NCBI GenBank assembly: GCA_034505495.1 | Contig: JAPDQV010000009.1 | Span: forward strand, 39,496-103,495 | Length of the DNA: 64,000 bases | DNA from: Candidatus Zhuqueibacterota bacterium | GTDB lineage: Bacteria > Zhuqueibacterota > Zhuqueibacteria > Residuimicrobiales > Krinioviventaceae | Direction of reading: 5' to 3' | Shown here: positions 47,344-57,680 of the stretch, piece by piece | Numbering within the stretch: the first letter of the stretch is position 1 | Layout: every line of letters starts with the position of its first letter | Translations under genes and position numbers: made by a program | Notes under the pieces: generated by a model | Told to the model about the DNA's origin: nothing | The model's input: the letters and a program-made list of their open reading frames with translations, nothing else | Databases searched by the model: none

Positions 47344-48690
47344 TTATACCTCAAGCTGATCGATTCGTCTGCATGCCGTCTCCCCATCCAGCCGCCCGTT
47401 CATCCACTCGTCCTGTATGCGGCGAAGATCGAGAATAAGTGAAGGTTCAGCGAGCTGAACATCATCATAACTGATCGGCTGATCTTTGGCGACTGGACGG
47501 ACAAGCCGTGCCCCCTTTGCCAGTCCGACGGGCAACAGACCTTCTTGGGCGGCGATTTCGTAACGATCGATGGAGCTGTAGAACGTGCCGCCTCCGATGC
47601 CGTCGAGGAGGGTTCCGGCAGGCAAATCTTGTTTGGCAACGGCAAAAACTTCGGACACCATGCGATTCAACGGCTGCATATTCGACTTTTTTTCAATGAC
47701 CAACAAGGCGCAGGTCAATGGTACTTCTATGCTGCAAAGGTGATAGGGACGGAAAAGCGTATAATAGGGCCCATTCCCCATATCGCGATAGACCAAGGCC
47801 TGACGCAGCCGCGGATGATCGGTTGTGAAGATCAAAAACACTCCCGGATGAACGCCGCCGATGCCATAGTCGACGACTCCTGCCTGATTGAGAATGCCTC
47901 CATCCTTTTTCAGTGCGAACGTTTTGTTGAGAATCTCGCGATGCGTTATAGGGCCGTGCATACCGCGCACGTCCGGTATCAAGCCGGTGGCGTTCGACAC
48001 AGCCGCCATTTCGATCATGGTTTTTGAGCCGTCGACAAATTCAATGAGCATATGGGGACTCAAGCCGCGCCGCTCCGCCTCCTTGGCCCATTTCTCATCG
48101 CTCGGCTTGGCGTAGCGATCCAGCGGATTGTTTTTTCCCTTTCCCGCAGCAATAACGGTAAATCCGCAGGCAACAGCGAAATCATAAAGCTCTTTACATG
48201 CGGCCGGTTCGTCGCCTGCGGCCAATGCATACAATACTCCTTTTTGGCGGGCATAAAAGTTCAGCAACGGACCGACGGTGATGTCGGTTTCGACGTTCAT
48301 CATGGCGAGCTGTTGACCGTTACGTGCCGAGCGAACCGCGGCGCGAGCGCCAACCTCCGGCACGCCGGTGGCTTCCAACATGACGTCAACCGTCTTCATA
48401 TCCGTAATCACACGGTAATCGGTGGTATAGACGCATTTCCCGGCTTCAACGGCCGCATCAGCCTCTTCAGCCTTCGAAGCATAGACGATCGGCGCGTCCA
48501 GTAGTGCAATCCGGTACGAGGAGCGGGCGCGCTGTTCGTCGATGTCGGCAACCGCAACGACTTTTATCCCCTTCATTTGCCGTGCGGTCGCCATAACGTC
48601 GACGCCCATTTGACCGCAACCAATCAAACCAATGCGGACCGGTCGTCCCTGTCGTTCTCTATCCAATAATTCTGCATATAATCCGATCAT
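47344..48690 (-). CDS. NAD(P)-binding oxidoreductase with a C-terminal SAF domain (COG4091-like predicted homoserine-dehydrogenase-like family)
   Basis: Internal ATG 48690 gives MIGLYAEL...RIGLIGCGQMG, a Rossmann motif. The C-terminus has an SAF-like beta-clip (LPAGTLLDGIGGGTFYSSIDRYE...ARLVRPVAKDQPISYDDV). The track ORF is N-terminally extended. Confidence 0.5.
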   Translation of the reverse strand: MIGLYAELLDRERQGRPVRIGLIGCGQMGVDVMATARQMKGIKVVAVADIDEQRARSSYRIALLDAPIVYASKAEEADAAVEAGKCVYTTDYRVITDMKTVDVMLEATGVPEVGARAAVRSARNGQQLAMMNVETDITVGPLLNFYARQKGVLYALAAGDEPAACKELYDFAVACGFTVIAAGKGKNNPLDRYAKPSDEKWAKEAERRGLSPHMLIEFVDGSKTMIEMAAVSNATGLIPDVRGMHGPITHREILNKTFALKKDGGILNQAGVVDYGIGGVHPGVFLIFTTDHPRLRQALVYRDMGNGPYYTLFRPYHLCSIEVPLTCALLVIEKKSNMQPLNRMVSEVFAVAKQDLPAGTLLDGIGGGTFYSSIDRYEIAAQEGLLPVGLAKGARLVRPVAKDQPISYDDVQLAEPSLILDLRRIQDEWMNGRLDGETACRRIDQLEV

Positions 48691-48706
48691 AAAACCCTTT
48701 CGAATA

Positions 48707-49744
48707 TTATGGCTTGATGACAATTTTGAGAGCATCACCCTGCGCTGCGGTTTCGAAGGCTCGGTTGATTTGGCCCAAAGGAAACTCGTTCGTAATAATT
48801 TTTTCTGCCGAAATGATGTCGCGCCGCAAGAAATCCAAAGCTGCGGCATGATGCTTGGGATGATAGGAAAATGAGCCGATCAGCCGTATTTGGCCGTAAT
48901 GTATGCGATTGGCATCGACAGACGTCATCGGTGATGATTTGGGCAGCCCGCCGAAGAGAACGACTGTTCCGCCTTTGCGGACAAGCTCTACTGCCTGCCG
49001 CTGGGTTTCAGCAATCGGATTGGCGCAAATGACCTTATCCGCACCGAAACGGGTTTTCGACTTTACAACCTCGATCAAGTCTTCATTAAGCGGATCGACG
49101 ATCACTTCGGGCGCAAAGATTTCGGCGATTCGTCGACGGCTGGGATTGGGTTCGGAAAGAATAACCCTGGCTCCCCGCGCTTTAGCCAAAACGGTGTGGA
49201 TACAGCCGATCGGTCCGGCACCCATGACGACAACCCAGTCGCCCAGCGTCGTACCGACAGCTTCGTGACAGGAGATGACCGAGGCGCAGGGTTCCGCTAA
49301 TGCCGCCGCTTCATCGCTCAGATCTTTGGGAATTCGATGCCAAACGCCGTGCGCCAGCAGCTCGCCCGGCAACGCCATTTGTTCTGCAAATCCGCCGTGA
49401 TGACCTGGCGTAATGCCGTAGAGCACCAAATAATCGCACAAATTATACATGCCTTGTTCGCAATACCAGCAGGCGCCGCAATGCACATCCGGGCCCAGTG
49501 CAAGTCGATCGCCGACTTTGACGGCATGACAATTATTACCCACGCGAATCACCGTACCGGCTATCTCATGCCCTGGAATAACCGGTTCAGATTTTGAGAT
49601 TGGGCCTTCGCGCCAACGGCGCAGATCAGAACCGCAGATTGCCGCGGCTTTGACGGCAATAATGCATCCGTCGACAGGCAGCTGAGGATTTTCAATGTCG
49701 GCCAACTCGATGGTTTTCGGACCGGTAAAGAACGCCGCCTTCAT
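48707..49744 (-). CDS. Zn-dependent medium-chain alcohol/polyol dehydrogenase (sorbitol/threonine dehydrogenase-like)
   Basis: Catalytic zinc ligands (CGSD, GHE), structural zinc CGACWYCEQGMYNLC, NAD-binding GAGPIGC. Internal ATG 49744. Confidence 0.8.
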   Translation of the reverse strand: MKAAFFTGPKTIELADIENPQLPVDGCIIAVKAAAICGSDLRRWREGPISKSEPVIPGHEIAGTVIRVGNNCHAVKVGDRLALGPDVHCGACWYCEQGMYNLCDYLVLYGITPGHHGGFAEQMALPGELLAHGVWHRIPKDLSDEAAALAEPCASVISCHEAVGTTLGDWVVVMGAGPIGCIHTVLAKARGARVILSEPNPSRRRIAEIFAPEVIVDPLNEDLIEVVKSKTRFGADKVICANPIAETQRQAVELVRKGGTVVLFGGLPKSSPMTSVDANRIHYGQIRLIGSFSYHPKHHAAALDFLRRDIISAEKIITNEFPLGQINRAFETAAQGDALKIVIKP

Positions 49745-50358
49745 TTTGCTTCTCCGGCTCGTTCTTCGGAAGCCAGCCTCAACCCGACGGCTCCTTCCGG
49801 ATGCGTTTCGCCGAACTGTTCTTTTGAATAGCCTCGACGTTCGAGTAAAAGAACACACAGGATATCACATGCCAACGAATTGAACAGAGAACTGCCGGTG
49901 GCAATCATACCGTAAGGATCGACGTCGGGTGATTTGACGTGATAGACGCAGTCGCTCATTTTTCCCAAAGTGGAAATCGGATTCTCGGTTTGCGCAATTA
50001 TACGCGCGCCTCGTCGTTTGGCAATTTCAGCAAACCGGTTGATTTCGCGACTTTCTCCGCCCTTTGAGATAATATAGACCACGTCTTCACTGCGGACCGC
50101 TCCTGCCCCGCCATGCAGCGCATCGGCGGCGTTGATCGGCAGCGCCGGCGTCCCGCAGCAGGAGAGCAGGTGGGCGAATCGCTGAGCGACAGCCCGCGAA
50201 GTTCCTGCACCGGCGACCAGAATATGGCCGGAGCAGGCCGACATCATTTCGATAATCGAATGCAGCGTTTCTTCGTTCAGCTGATCGGCAAGGCTTTTCA
50301 GCGCTTCGATTTCCATGTGAATGATTTTTTTCGCCCGCTGCAAAAGAGCGTTATTCAT
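49741..50358 (-). CDS. SIS-domain sugar-phosphate isomerase (HxlB/KdsD-N-terminal-like)
   Basis: VAGAGTSRAVAQRFAHLL and the second SIS motif YIISKGGESREI. Confidence 0.65.
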   Translation of the reverse strand: MNNALLQRAKKIIHMEIEALKSLADQLNEETLHSIIEMMSACSGHILVAGAGTSRAVAQRFAHLLSCCGTPALPINAADALHGGAGAVRSEDVVYIISKGGESREINRFAEIAKRRGARIIAQTENPISTLGKMSDCVYHVKSPDVDPYGMIATGSSLFNSLACDILCVLLLERRGYSKEQFGETHPEGAVGLRLASEERAGEAK

Positions 50359-51377
50359 GTCTGCTTATCCTTTCTAAGGCTAATAATTTTTCTTCTCTGC
50401 CTGGCGATGATCATATTTCTACGTGTATCCAGCATGACTGCTAAAAACAGAATCACTGCAAAGATCATCGGCTGGAAGTAGAGATTGATCTTTGCCGAGA
50501 CGAGTCCGCTCCAAATCATACGGATCATTAACGCGCCGATGACGGTGCCGGGAAAAGCAGAACCGACACCTCCGGATAGAGCTGCTCCTCCCAATACTGC
50601 GGCGGCAATTGCGTCGAACTCATCCCCTTTGCCAAAGCCGGCGTTGACAATCCCCAATTGCGTCACTGCAACTAAGCCTCCGAGGGAGGCACAGATACCG
50701 CAAAGAACATAGGCCGAGGCGATGATGCGGTCCACCGGCAGACCGGCACGGCGGGCATTTTCCGCATTAAAGCCGACGGCGTAATAATGCCTGCCTAAGG
50801 GAATGCGACTTAGAAAGAGCTGGATTGCCGTTGCGCTCAAGGCAAAGAGTAAAATCGGCAACGGCAAAAACCCGAAAAGTTTAAAGCCGCCTACTTTTAA
50901 TATCACAGCCGGAAATTCCAAGGCGCGCGATTTTGTCAAGAGTAGTCCCAAACCGCGACCGGCAATCATGGTCGCCAGGGTTACAACGAAGGGCAAAATT
51001 TTGAATCGAGTAATAAAAAAAGCGTTAAAACCGCCGATGCCGGCGCCCGCCAGCAAACAGACAAACGAAGCGGCCACCGGAGACATGCCGTAATCGCGCA
51101 TCAGCAGTCCGGCAACGATGGTTGAAAGATACACCGTGGAACCCAGCGACAGATCGACGCCGCCGGTGATCAATACCAATGTCATGCCCAAGGCGGCGAT
51201 GCCGATGTATGAAGCCTGCTTGGCTATATTGAGCAGAGATTCCGGCTGCAGAAACCGCGGAGAGGTCAGGCCGAAGAGCAGAAATACAATGATAAATATC
51301 GACGTCGGCATACAGCGCGTAAAAAGGGCGGTAACATCAATCCGAAAGCCCTTAAAGATTTCAAGCCTTCTGCTCAT
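50355..51377 (-). CDS. Sugar ABC transporter permease (RbsC/branched monosaccharide type)
   Basis: Ten-TM permease of the ribose/xylose/galactose transporter family. 4-nt overlap with the ATPase gene. Confidence 0.8.
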   Translation of the reverse strand: MSRRLEIFKGFRIDVTALFTRCMPTSIFIIVFLLFGLTSPRFLQPESLLNIAKQASYIGIAALGMTLVLITGGVDLSLGSTVYLSTIVAGLLMRDYGMSPVAASFVCLLAGAGIGGFNAFFITRFKILPFVVTLATMIAGRGLGLLLTKSRALEFPAVILKVGGFKLFGFLPLPILLFALSATAIQLFLSRIPLGRHYYAVGFNAENARRAGLPVDRIIASAYVLCGICASLGGLVAVTQLGIVNAGFGKGDEFDAIAAAVLGGAALSGGVGSAFPGTVIGALMIRMIWSGLVSAKINLYFQPMIFAVILFLAVMLDTRRNMIIARQRRKIISLRKDKQT

Positions 51378-52861
51378 AGGTGAAAAGCCGCCTCAAGAAT
51401 TTTTTCGGCATCGAATTGGTCTTTTGTGAAGCTTTTAATGATTTCGCCGCGGTGAATAACCAGCAGCCTGTCGCACAGAGCGGTCAACTCTTCAAGCTCC
51501 GAAGAAATCATTAAAATGCCGGCACCTTCGTCGGCCAAATGATTGATCAGAGAATAGACCTCATATTTTGCGCCGACGTCGATGCCGCGCGTAGGTTCAT
51601 CTAATATGAACAGCAGAGGCCGTGCGAGCAGCCATTTGCCGAGCACGACTTTTTGCTGATTGCCGCCGCTGAGGCTTTTTACGATTTGTTTAAGGCTTGT
51701 GCAGCGGAGATTCAATTGTCGAACCTGCGCTTCTGATTCAGACGCCATTTTTTCATCGTCGAGAAACCTTGCAAAATCAACAAATCGGTCTAGAGTAGCC
51801 AGAACAAGATTATCCTGAACCGTGCCGTCAATTAACAGCCCTTCTTCGCGGCGATTTTCTGTAACGAAGGCCATGCCCAGTTCAATGCACCTGCGCGGAG
51901 AAGGCTGCTCGAGAATCCGGCCGTTGAAAACAATCCGGCCGCTGTCGAACGGTTCCAGGCCAAAAAGAAGCCGCGCCAGCTCGGTTCGACCGGATCCCAT
52001 CAATCCGAAAAGCCCCAAGATTTCACCTTTTCGGATCTCGAAAGAGACGTCCTCCACCAATCCTTCGGCTGAAAGGTGCCTTACCTCCAAAAGAACCTGT
52101 GCCTGCGGCGTTCGTTGACGAATTGGAAAGAGATATTCCAATTCACAGCCGCACATGGAAGCGATCATCCGCTGTAATGTAAACTCGGAGGCGGTGCCGA
52201 AATCAACCATGCGGCCGTCGCGCAAAACCACAATGTCGTCGCACAGTCGCATGACTTCATCCAGATCGTGCGAAATATAAATAATGGTTTTGCCTCTTTG
52301 CTTCAAGCCGTCGATCACGTGAAATAAGCGTTCCTTTTCGGCAGCAGTGAGCGAGGTGGTCGGCTCATCGAAAATCACCAGCTCGGCATCGGCATGCAAC
52401 GCTTTGCAGATCTCGACCATTTGTCTCTCCCCCGGCCGCAGCTTTTCGACCGGCCAATTCGGCGGCAAATCGAGACCAACCTGTCGCAGCAGCTGCTCGG
52501 CCTTAGCCGACATGGCGCGCCTCTCAATCCAAAAGCCTTTTCTTGGATAACGCCGCAAAAACAGATTATCGGCAATACTGAGGTTATTGAAAAGATTCAG
52601 TTCCTGATGAATAATTGCAATACCGGCTTCGGCTGCTTCGGCGGGACATGCGGGACGATAAGGTTTGCCGAGAAAATAGAGTTCTCCTGAATCGGCTTGA
52701 AGATCGCCGCTGAGGATGTTCATTAAGGTCGATTTCCCTGCTCCATTTTCACCAATCAATCCCAAAATGCGGTTAGGCATGATATCGAATGTAACTTGGC
52801 GCAATGAAGGGACGCCGAAAAAGGATTTGTTGATGTTGCGGATCGAAATAAGCGGAGTCAT
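51374..52861 (-). CDS. Sugar ABC transporter ATP-binding protein with duplicated ABC domains (RbsA/MglA-like)
   Basis: Walker A GENGAGKST plus a second nucleotide-binding domain (LSGGNQQKVVLGKWL, LFILDEPTRGIDVGAK). Confidence 0.85.
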   Translation of the reverse strand: MTPLISIRNINKSFFGVPSLRQVTFDIMPNRILGLIGENGAGKSTLMNILSGDLQADSGELYFLGKPYRPACPAEAAEAGIAIIHQELNLFNNLSIADNLFLRRYPRKGFWIERRAMSAKAEQLLRQVGLDLPPNWPVEKLRPGERQMVEICKALHADAELVIFDEPTTSLTAAEKERLFHVIDGLKQRGKTIIYISHDLDEVMRLCDDIVVLRDGRMVDFGTASEFTLQRMIASMCGCELEYLFPIRQRTPQAQVLLEVRHLSAEGLVEDVSFEIRKGEILGLFGLMGSGRTELARLLFGLEPFDSGRIVFNGRILEQPSPRRCIELGMAFVTENRREEGLLIDGTVQDNLVLATLDRFVDFARFLDDEKMASESEAQVRQLNLRCTSLKQIVKSLSGGNQQKVVLGKWLLARPLLFILDEPTRGIDVGAKYEVYSLINHLADEGAGILMISSELEELTALCDRLLVIHRGEIIKSFTKDQFDAEKILEAAFHL

Positions 52862-53919
52862 CGCTTACTCATGCCTCCTGACTTCCCAACCCGCCACGCA
52901 TCCGCCGCGGCAGCGAGAAGGATGACTCCGCCTTTGACAATGTTAACGATGAAGAACGATAGATTCATCAAATTAAGTGAATTGGCAAGAAGAGTGAAAA
53001 ACAACGCGCCTGCAAAGGCGTCCCGAACCCCTCCGCGACCGCCGAACAGGCTGATGCCCCCGATAACGGCAGCACCGATAACGTCGAGCAGAAGGTCTTG
53101 GCCGAGAGTCGGTCGACCGCCTTCCAAACGCGCCGAATAAATAACGGAACCAAGCGCAGCGAAAAAGCCGCTCAATGTAAAAGCCGTGAGGGTGACCATC
53201 GGCACATTGATGCCTGAAATCAAAGCCGCTTTGGCGTTGAGGCCCACGGCATACAGTTTTTTTCCAAAAGCGGTGTGCTGAAGAATAATATGCACGACGA
53301 TTGCTGAAGCAGCCACAATCCAGACCGGTATGGGCAACAACACTCTTTTTTGGGCTAAAGCAGTAAAGGATGTCGGAAGATGGGTAATATTTTCCGATGC
53401 CGTCAAATAGATTGCCGCGCCGCTGAAAAACATCATACTGACCAAAGTAACGATGAACGGCGGCATTTTCAAATAGGCAACGGCAAAGCCGTTGAAAAAG
53501 CCGACAAGAATTCCTACGGTCAACATAACCGCAACCGCCGCGGGAACCGCGAAAACGGAACCGGCAAAAATGCCTCCTTGTTCCGAAAAGATGATGTTCC
53601 ACAGCGGCGCCTTGGCAAAAACGACGGGATCGGCTGATTGACACATCAAAGAAGCGCCGCAGACGCTCGCCAGCGCCATAATGGAAGACTGCGACAGATC
53701 AATGCCGCCCACGATCATGACCAACAGCTGCCCGATCACCAGAGACAACAGAGGCCAAAAGTTAGAGCTTAGATTGGCCAGATTTCGTGAGCTTGCAAAT
53801 GCGGGCAATAGAGCCGACATGACTATGAAATATCCGACAGTCAAAGTCAATACAAAATTGCGCCGGAGCAGTTGTTGAATTCCGTGCATCAGAGATGTTG
53901 TCGCAGACAAATCGTTCAT
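52858..53919 (-). CDS. Sugar ABC transporter permease (second RbsC-like subunit)
   Basis: Internal ATG 53919 (MNDLSATTSL...) forms an ATGA overlap with the stop of the binding-protein gene. Polytopic. Confidence 0.75.
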   Translation of the reverse strand: MNDLSATTSLMHGIQQLLRRNFVLTLTVGYFIVMSALLPAFASSRNLANLSSNFWPLLSLVIGQLLVMIVGGIDLSQSSIMALASVCGASLMCQSADPVVFAKAPLWNIIFSEQGGIFAGSVFAVPAAVAVMLTVGILVGFFNGFAVAYLKMPPFIVTLVSMMFFSGAAIYLTASENITHLPTSFTALAQKRVLLPIPVWIVAASAIVVHIILQHTAFGKKLYAVGLNAKAALISGINVPMVTLTAFTLSGFFAALGSVIYSARLEGGRPTLGQDLLLDVIGAAVIGGISLFGGRGGVRDAFAGALFFTLLANSLNLMNLSFFIVNIVKGGVILLAAAADAWRVGKSGGMSKR

Positions 53920-54923
53920 TGTGATATCAATCCCCGATGCAGCAGAACGCAGCCCCACATATCTACGGCACGTTCCGCATAATTGTCCAATGTTAAGGCA
54001 AACCCGGGATCGACGATCCATTTTTTAGGCTGTTTTTCGCCGTTATCGATGGCGCGCAGCAATTCATCCATCAACGAGCGGGCTTCAAAAAATAGATCCT
54101 GCACGCCGGTCGCATCGATGATCCGTTCACGCATCATGCGGCAGGCAAACGAGTCTCCGTCAATCCCACCTAAAATAACATGGCGCGGATCTGCATCCGA
54201 AGTCCATTTGCCGAGCGGTTCGAGAACGGAGCGCAGCTGCGGATATAAAAAGTCGGATGAGGTAAAGACAAAATCGATATCCGGATTGGCCTGCATGGCG
54301 GCTTCAAAGTTGGCCAGAGTTGTGCCGGCATCCCATTTTGACGGCACTTCAACGACCGGTTTAAACAATTGCGGACGCTTGGCCAGCGCGGCATAGAAAC
54401 CGTCTCGCCGTGCGATCGAGTTGGGATCGCCGAGATCGCCGACAATGATGCATGGCCTATAGCGACGGCCTGAAGCTGCCGCCTTTTCCACCATATAATC
54501 AACGGCTTTTTCCGCAATCAGCTTGTTGTCGGCGAGCACAACTATGGCGTTGCGGCTGCTGTCGGCAGGAGGACGATTAAAGACGGCGATCGGAATGCCC
54601 GCCCGATTGGCTTCGCCGATGATCGTGTTGGCGCTTTGACCGTCCTGGGGAATAATGATGAGGCCGTCGACCTGTTGCGCTATGGCGTCGCGAACCTGCT
54701 CCAGTTGGCGATTGGCGTCCTGAGAGGAATTGCGTTCGATCACCCGTATACCGCGCATCATCAGCTCTTCCGTTATGGCTTTGTGAGCCCCGACCCAAAA
54801 CTCGGTTTCAAGGTCTTGAAAAGAGAAGCAAATGGTTATTTGCTTTTCCTTTTTTCCGCAGCCGATGCCGCTGATCAGGAGCAATCCGACGACAACAAAG
54901 TTCATTCGCATACACAGCTTCAT
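53916..54923 (-). CDS. Periplasmic sugar-binding lipoprotein of an ABC transporter (RbsB-like, Peripla_BP_4)
   Basis: Lipobox LLISGIGCG. TAGGAG Shine-Dalgarno. KQITICFSFQDLETEFW and DGLIIIPQD motifs. Confidence 0.8.
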   Translation of the reverse strand: MKLCMRMNFVVVGLLLISGIGCGKKEKQITICFSFQDLETEFWVGAHKAITEELMMRGIRVIERNSSQDANRQLEQVRDAIAQQVDGLIIIPQDGQSANTIIGEANRAGIPIAVFNRPPADSSRNAIVVLADNKLIAEKAVDYMVEKAAASGRRYRPCIIVGDLGDPNSIARRDGFYAALAKRPQLFKPVVEVPSKWDAGTTLANFEAAMQANPDIDFVFTSSDFLYPQLRSVLEPLGKWTSDADPRHVILGGIDGDSFACRMMRERIIDATGVQDLFFEARSLMDELLRAIDNGEKQPKKWIVDPGFALTLDNYAERAVDMWGCVLLHRGLISQ

Positions 54924-54998
54924 ACTGCAACTCCTAAAAAAGCAATTTCGTGCCTGCGCGAGATGTTCGAACGCTTGGGTTATAGAAACGGCAAAACT

Positions 54999-55961
54999 TT
55001 AAGCAACATCGATAAGAAACGCCGCCGTATTTTGATCCGTGATCAGAACCTTCGGAATTCCGGTCTTTAGGCCGGCGCGAATGACTTGTCGCTTTTCATC
55101 CCCGCCGGCAACGGCAATGACGCATGGGATTCGGCGCAGTTCTTCGAAACTAAGGCCGATGATCCGCTCGTCAAGCGGGGTCTCTACTTTTCCGCCTTGT
55201 TCGTCGATAAAGCGGAGAGCAATATCGCCGACGGCGCCGCTGTTTGTCATCAAGGATACTTCTTGAGGACTCAATCGAAGCGTATCAGGAATAGGTAAAC
55301 GTCCAGGTGCGAATCGACCGATGCTCAGCACGGCAATATCCGCATGTGCGGCCAGCGACAAGGCGGAAGCAATCGTAGGATCCTTCTTGAAAACTCTGGC
55401 CGATTCGACATCGGCGGCAAGGCCCGGAGCATTCAAAAGATACAACTCTGCTGAAAGCTTGGCCGCCATCTGCCGTGCCAATTCAGCGGATTGTTCCATG
55501 GTCATGACCTGCCCAAGATTGCCGTTCATCTGCACGATTTTTAATCTCGGCATTTTGATAAACGGCAGGGCTTGAACGACGGAAATCATGGTCTTTCCCA
55601 TGGCAATGCCGATGACTTCATTACCGGTCAGGCGGCGCAAGAGGCATTCAACTGCGGCAGGTGCCAAGGTCGCCTGGACCGAGGCAGACGATGCGGTGTC
55701 CTCGCAGGGCACAACCACAACCTCGTGCAGACCATAACGCCTTTCAATTTCAGCCTCGACTTCCATTTGCGTACGCATGCCGGGCTGAGCATTCAAGGTA
55801 ATGGTCACGATGTTTTCCTCTCTAGCCTGCTTGAGAAGACGTGAAATTTTTATGCGCGACAAACCTAACCGTTCGGAAATCTGCTGTTGGGTCAGATCAT
55901 TTAAATAGTATTCGGCAGCAACTTTATAAAGAAGCCGAAGTTTTTCGAGGGTCTGCGCCAT
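54999..55961 (-). CDS. SorC/DeoR-family sugar-binding transcriptional regulator
   Basis: N-terminal helix-turn-helix (LTQQQISERLGLSRIKISRLLKQAREENIV) and a C-terminal DeoR-type sugar-phosphate-binding domain. Confidence 0.75.
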   Translation of the reverse strand: MAQTLEKLRLLYKVAAEYYLNDLTQQQISERLGLSRIKISRLLKQAREENIVTITLNAQPGMRTQMEVEAEIERRYGLHEVVVVPCEDTASSASVQATLAPAAVECLLRRLTGNEVIGIAMGKTMISVVQALPFIKMPRLKIVQMNGNLGQVMTMEQSAELARQMAAKLSAELYLLNAPGLAADVESARVFKKDPTIASALSLAAHADIAVLSIGRFAPGRLPIPDTLRLSPQEVSLMTNSGAVGDIALRFIDEQGGKVETPLDERIIGLSFEELRRIPCVIAVAGGDEKRQVIRAGLKTGIPKVLITDQNTAAFLIDVA

Positions 55962-56114
55962 ACTTGTTCATTTGTTCATTATTAAACATTTGAACATTAC
56001 TAAACCGCAAACATTTTTGCAAGTCTTTTTTTAAGCCGGTAAAACTGCGTTAAACAAAAACGCCGACGAATCGATTGAAACGACCGTCGGCGCTGATAAA
56101 AATCAGTCTAAAGA

Positions 56115-57614
56115 TCAGTTCATCTGGTTAAAAAAATCTTTCAGGAGCGGATAGATCTGCCTGTAAAGCTGTATTCTCCGGCGGTATTGTTGGGCTCGAA
56201 CGGAATCGGGCTCGAACCGGCGGCAGATCGCTACATGCAGACGAATGCCTTCATCTTCCGAGCTGTAAATTCCGCATCCGATACCGGCAGCAAGCGCTGC
56301 TCCGAGGCAAGCGGCATCCGTAACCTTCAATTGGTGAACCTTGACGCAGCAGATATCCGCTTTCAGCTGCAGCCACAAATCGCTTTTGGCGCCGCCGCCG
56401 ACGGCGCGCAGCTCGCGAATTTCAATGCCGGCTTGGCGCAGCAGCGCCAGATTCTGTTCAAGCTCGAACGTCAGGCCTTCCAAAAGTGCTTTGGCAATAT
56501 CGGCTTTCCGCGTTCGAAAAGTCAGGCCGAGAATGGCGGCGCGGGAATGCACATCAAGCGTCGGCGTACCGCTGCCGCTGAAATGCGGCAGGACAAATAA
56601 ATCGCTTGGACCGACGGGCGCCTTTTCCAGCAAAAGGTCATAGGCATCGCGATTGGTTCTTGCTGCCTCTGCTTTTTCCGCATCGCCCAATACATCTCGG
56701 AACCAGCGCAGCGATAGACCGCCCGAGTGATTGAGCGTCATGGCGACGAAACGGTTGGGAACGACATGCCGGTAGACGGAAATGCCGCCGATACGCAAAG
56801 AATCATCCAAATTAGGGGTATTCATTACGACTTCAACGACTTCGGCCGTACCGGTTGAAACCATGGCTTGGCCAGGGTATACGACACCCGCACCTAAAGC
56901 TGCGCAGGCCTGATCGTGGCCTCCGGCAAAAACCTTGACATCTTTTAATCCTATTTTTTGCCAGACCGGCAACGTCGTTAGAAATTCCTTTTCACCCGCT
57001 ACAGGAGAAAGAAGCTGCGGATCGATTCCACAGTCGTCCAGAATCTTTTCAGACCAATTGCCGGTGCGAATGTCGAACAGTTGTGTCCGCGAGGCAAGGC
57101 AGGCGCTGATCATCGGTCGCCCGCAAAGTCGATTGATGATGAAATCTTCATACAAGCAAAAGCGGGCTGCTTTTCGCCAAATATCCGGCTCATTTTTCTT
57201 GAGCCAGAGCAGTTTCGGCAGGGTATTGATCGTGTGCACCGGCATGCCGGTCATTCGAAACAGCTGCTCGGAGCCGAACTGTTCCTCTAGTTCCTGATTT
57301 TCCTGCACCGTGCGCGTGTCCATGCCGAGAATAAAAGGCCGCAGCAGTTTTCCTGTGTGATCTACCGGCGCTACGGCTTCTCCTTGACACGATAAAGCGA
57401 GCGTTTCCACAGGATCGGAATGAGCCTGTCGTACCGCATCTGCAATACATTGGCAGGCTAATTGAAAAACCGCCTCACCATCCTGCTCCGCCCAACCGGG
57501 ATGAGGCGTTGTTATGTCATATTCTCGGTAAGCATGGCCGAGCATTCCGCCTTCACGGCCAAAGACCATGGCTTTGCAGCCGGTTGTCCCAATATCCAAT
57601 CCCAAAAGCGACAT
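56115..57614 (-). CDS. FGGY-family carbohydrate kinase (xylulokinase/ribulokinase-like)
   Basis: MSLLGLDIGTTGCKAMVF N-terminal ATPase motif and the FGGY C-terminal domain (GGGAKSDLWLQLKADI). Confidence 0.85.
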   Translation of the reverse strand: MSLLGLDIGTTGCKAMVFGREGGMLGHAYREYDITTPHPGWAEQDGEAVFQLACQCIADAVRQAHSDPVETLALSCQGEAVAPVDHTGKLLRPFILGMDTRTVQENQELEEQFGSEQLFRMTGMPVHTINTLPKLLWLKKNEPDIWRKAARFCLYEDFIINRLCGRPMISACLASRTQLFDIRTGNWSEKILDDCGIDPQLLSPVAGEKEFLTTLPVWQKIGLKDVKVFAGGHDQACAALGAGVVYPGQAMVSTGTAEVVEVVMNTPNLDDSLRIGGISVYRHVVPNRFVAMTLNHSGGLSLRWFRDVLGDAEKAEAARTNRDAYDLLLEKAPVGPSDLFVLPHFSGSGTPTLDVHSRAAILGLTFRTRKADIAKALLEGLTFELEQNLALLRQAGIEIRELRAVGGGAKSDLWLQLKADICCVKVHQLKVTDAACLGAALAAGIGCGIYSSEDEGIRLHVAICRRFEPDSVRAQQYRRRIQLYRQIYPLLKDFFNQMN

Positions 57615-57680
57615 CTTCCTCCCTCCGGCTTTAAAGTTTTATATCAAGGCCGGTTTAACCGGACCGGCCTTGATTTAGTT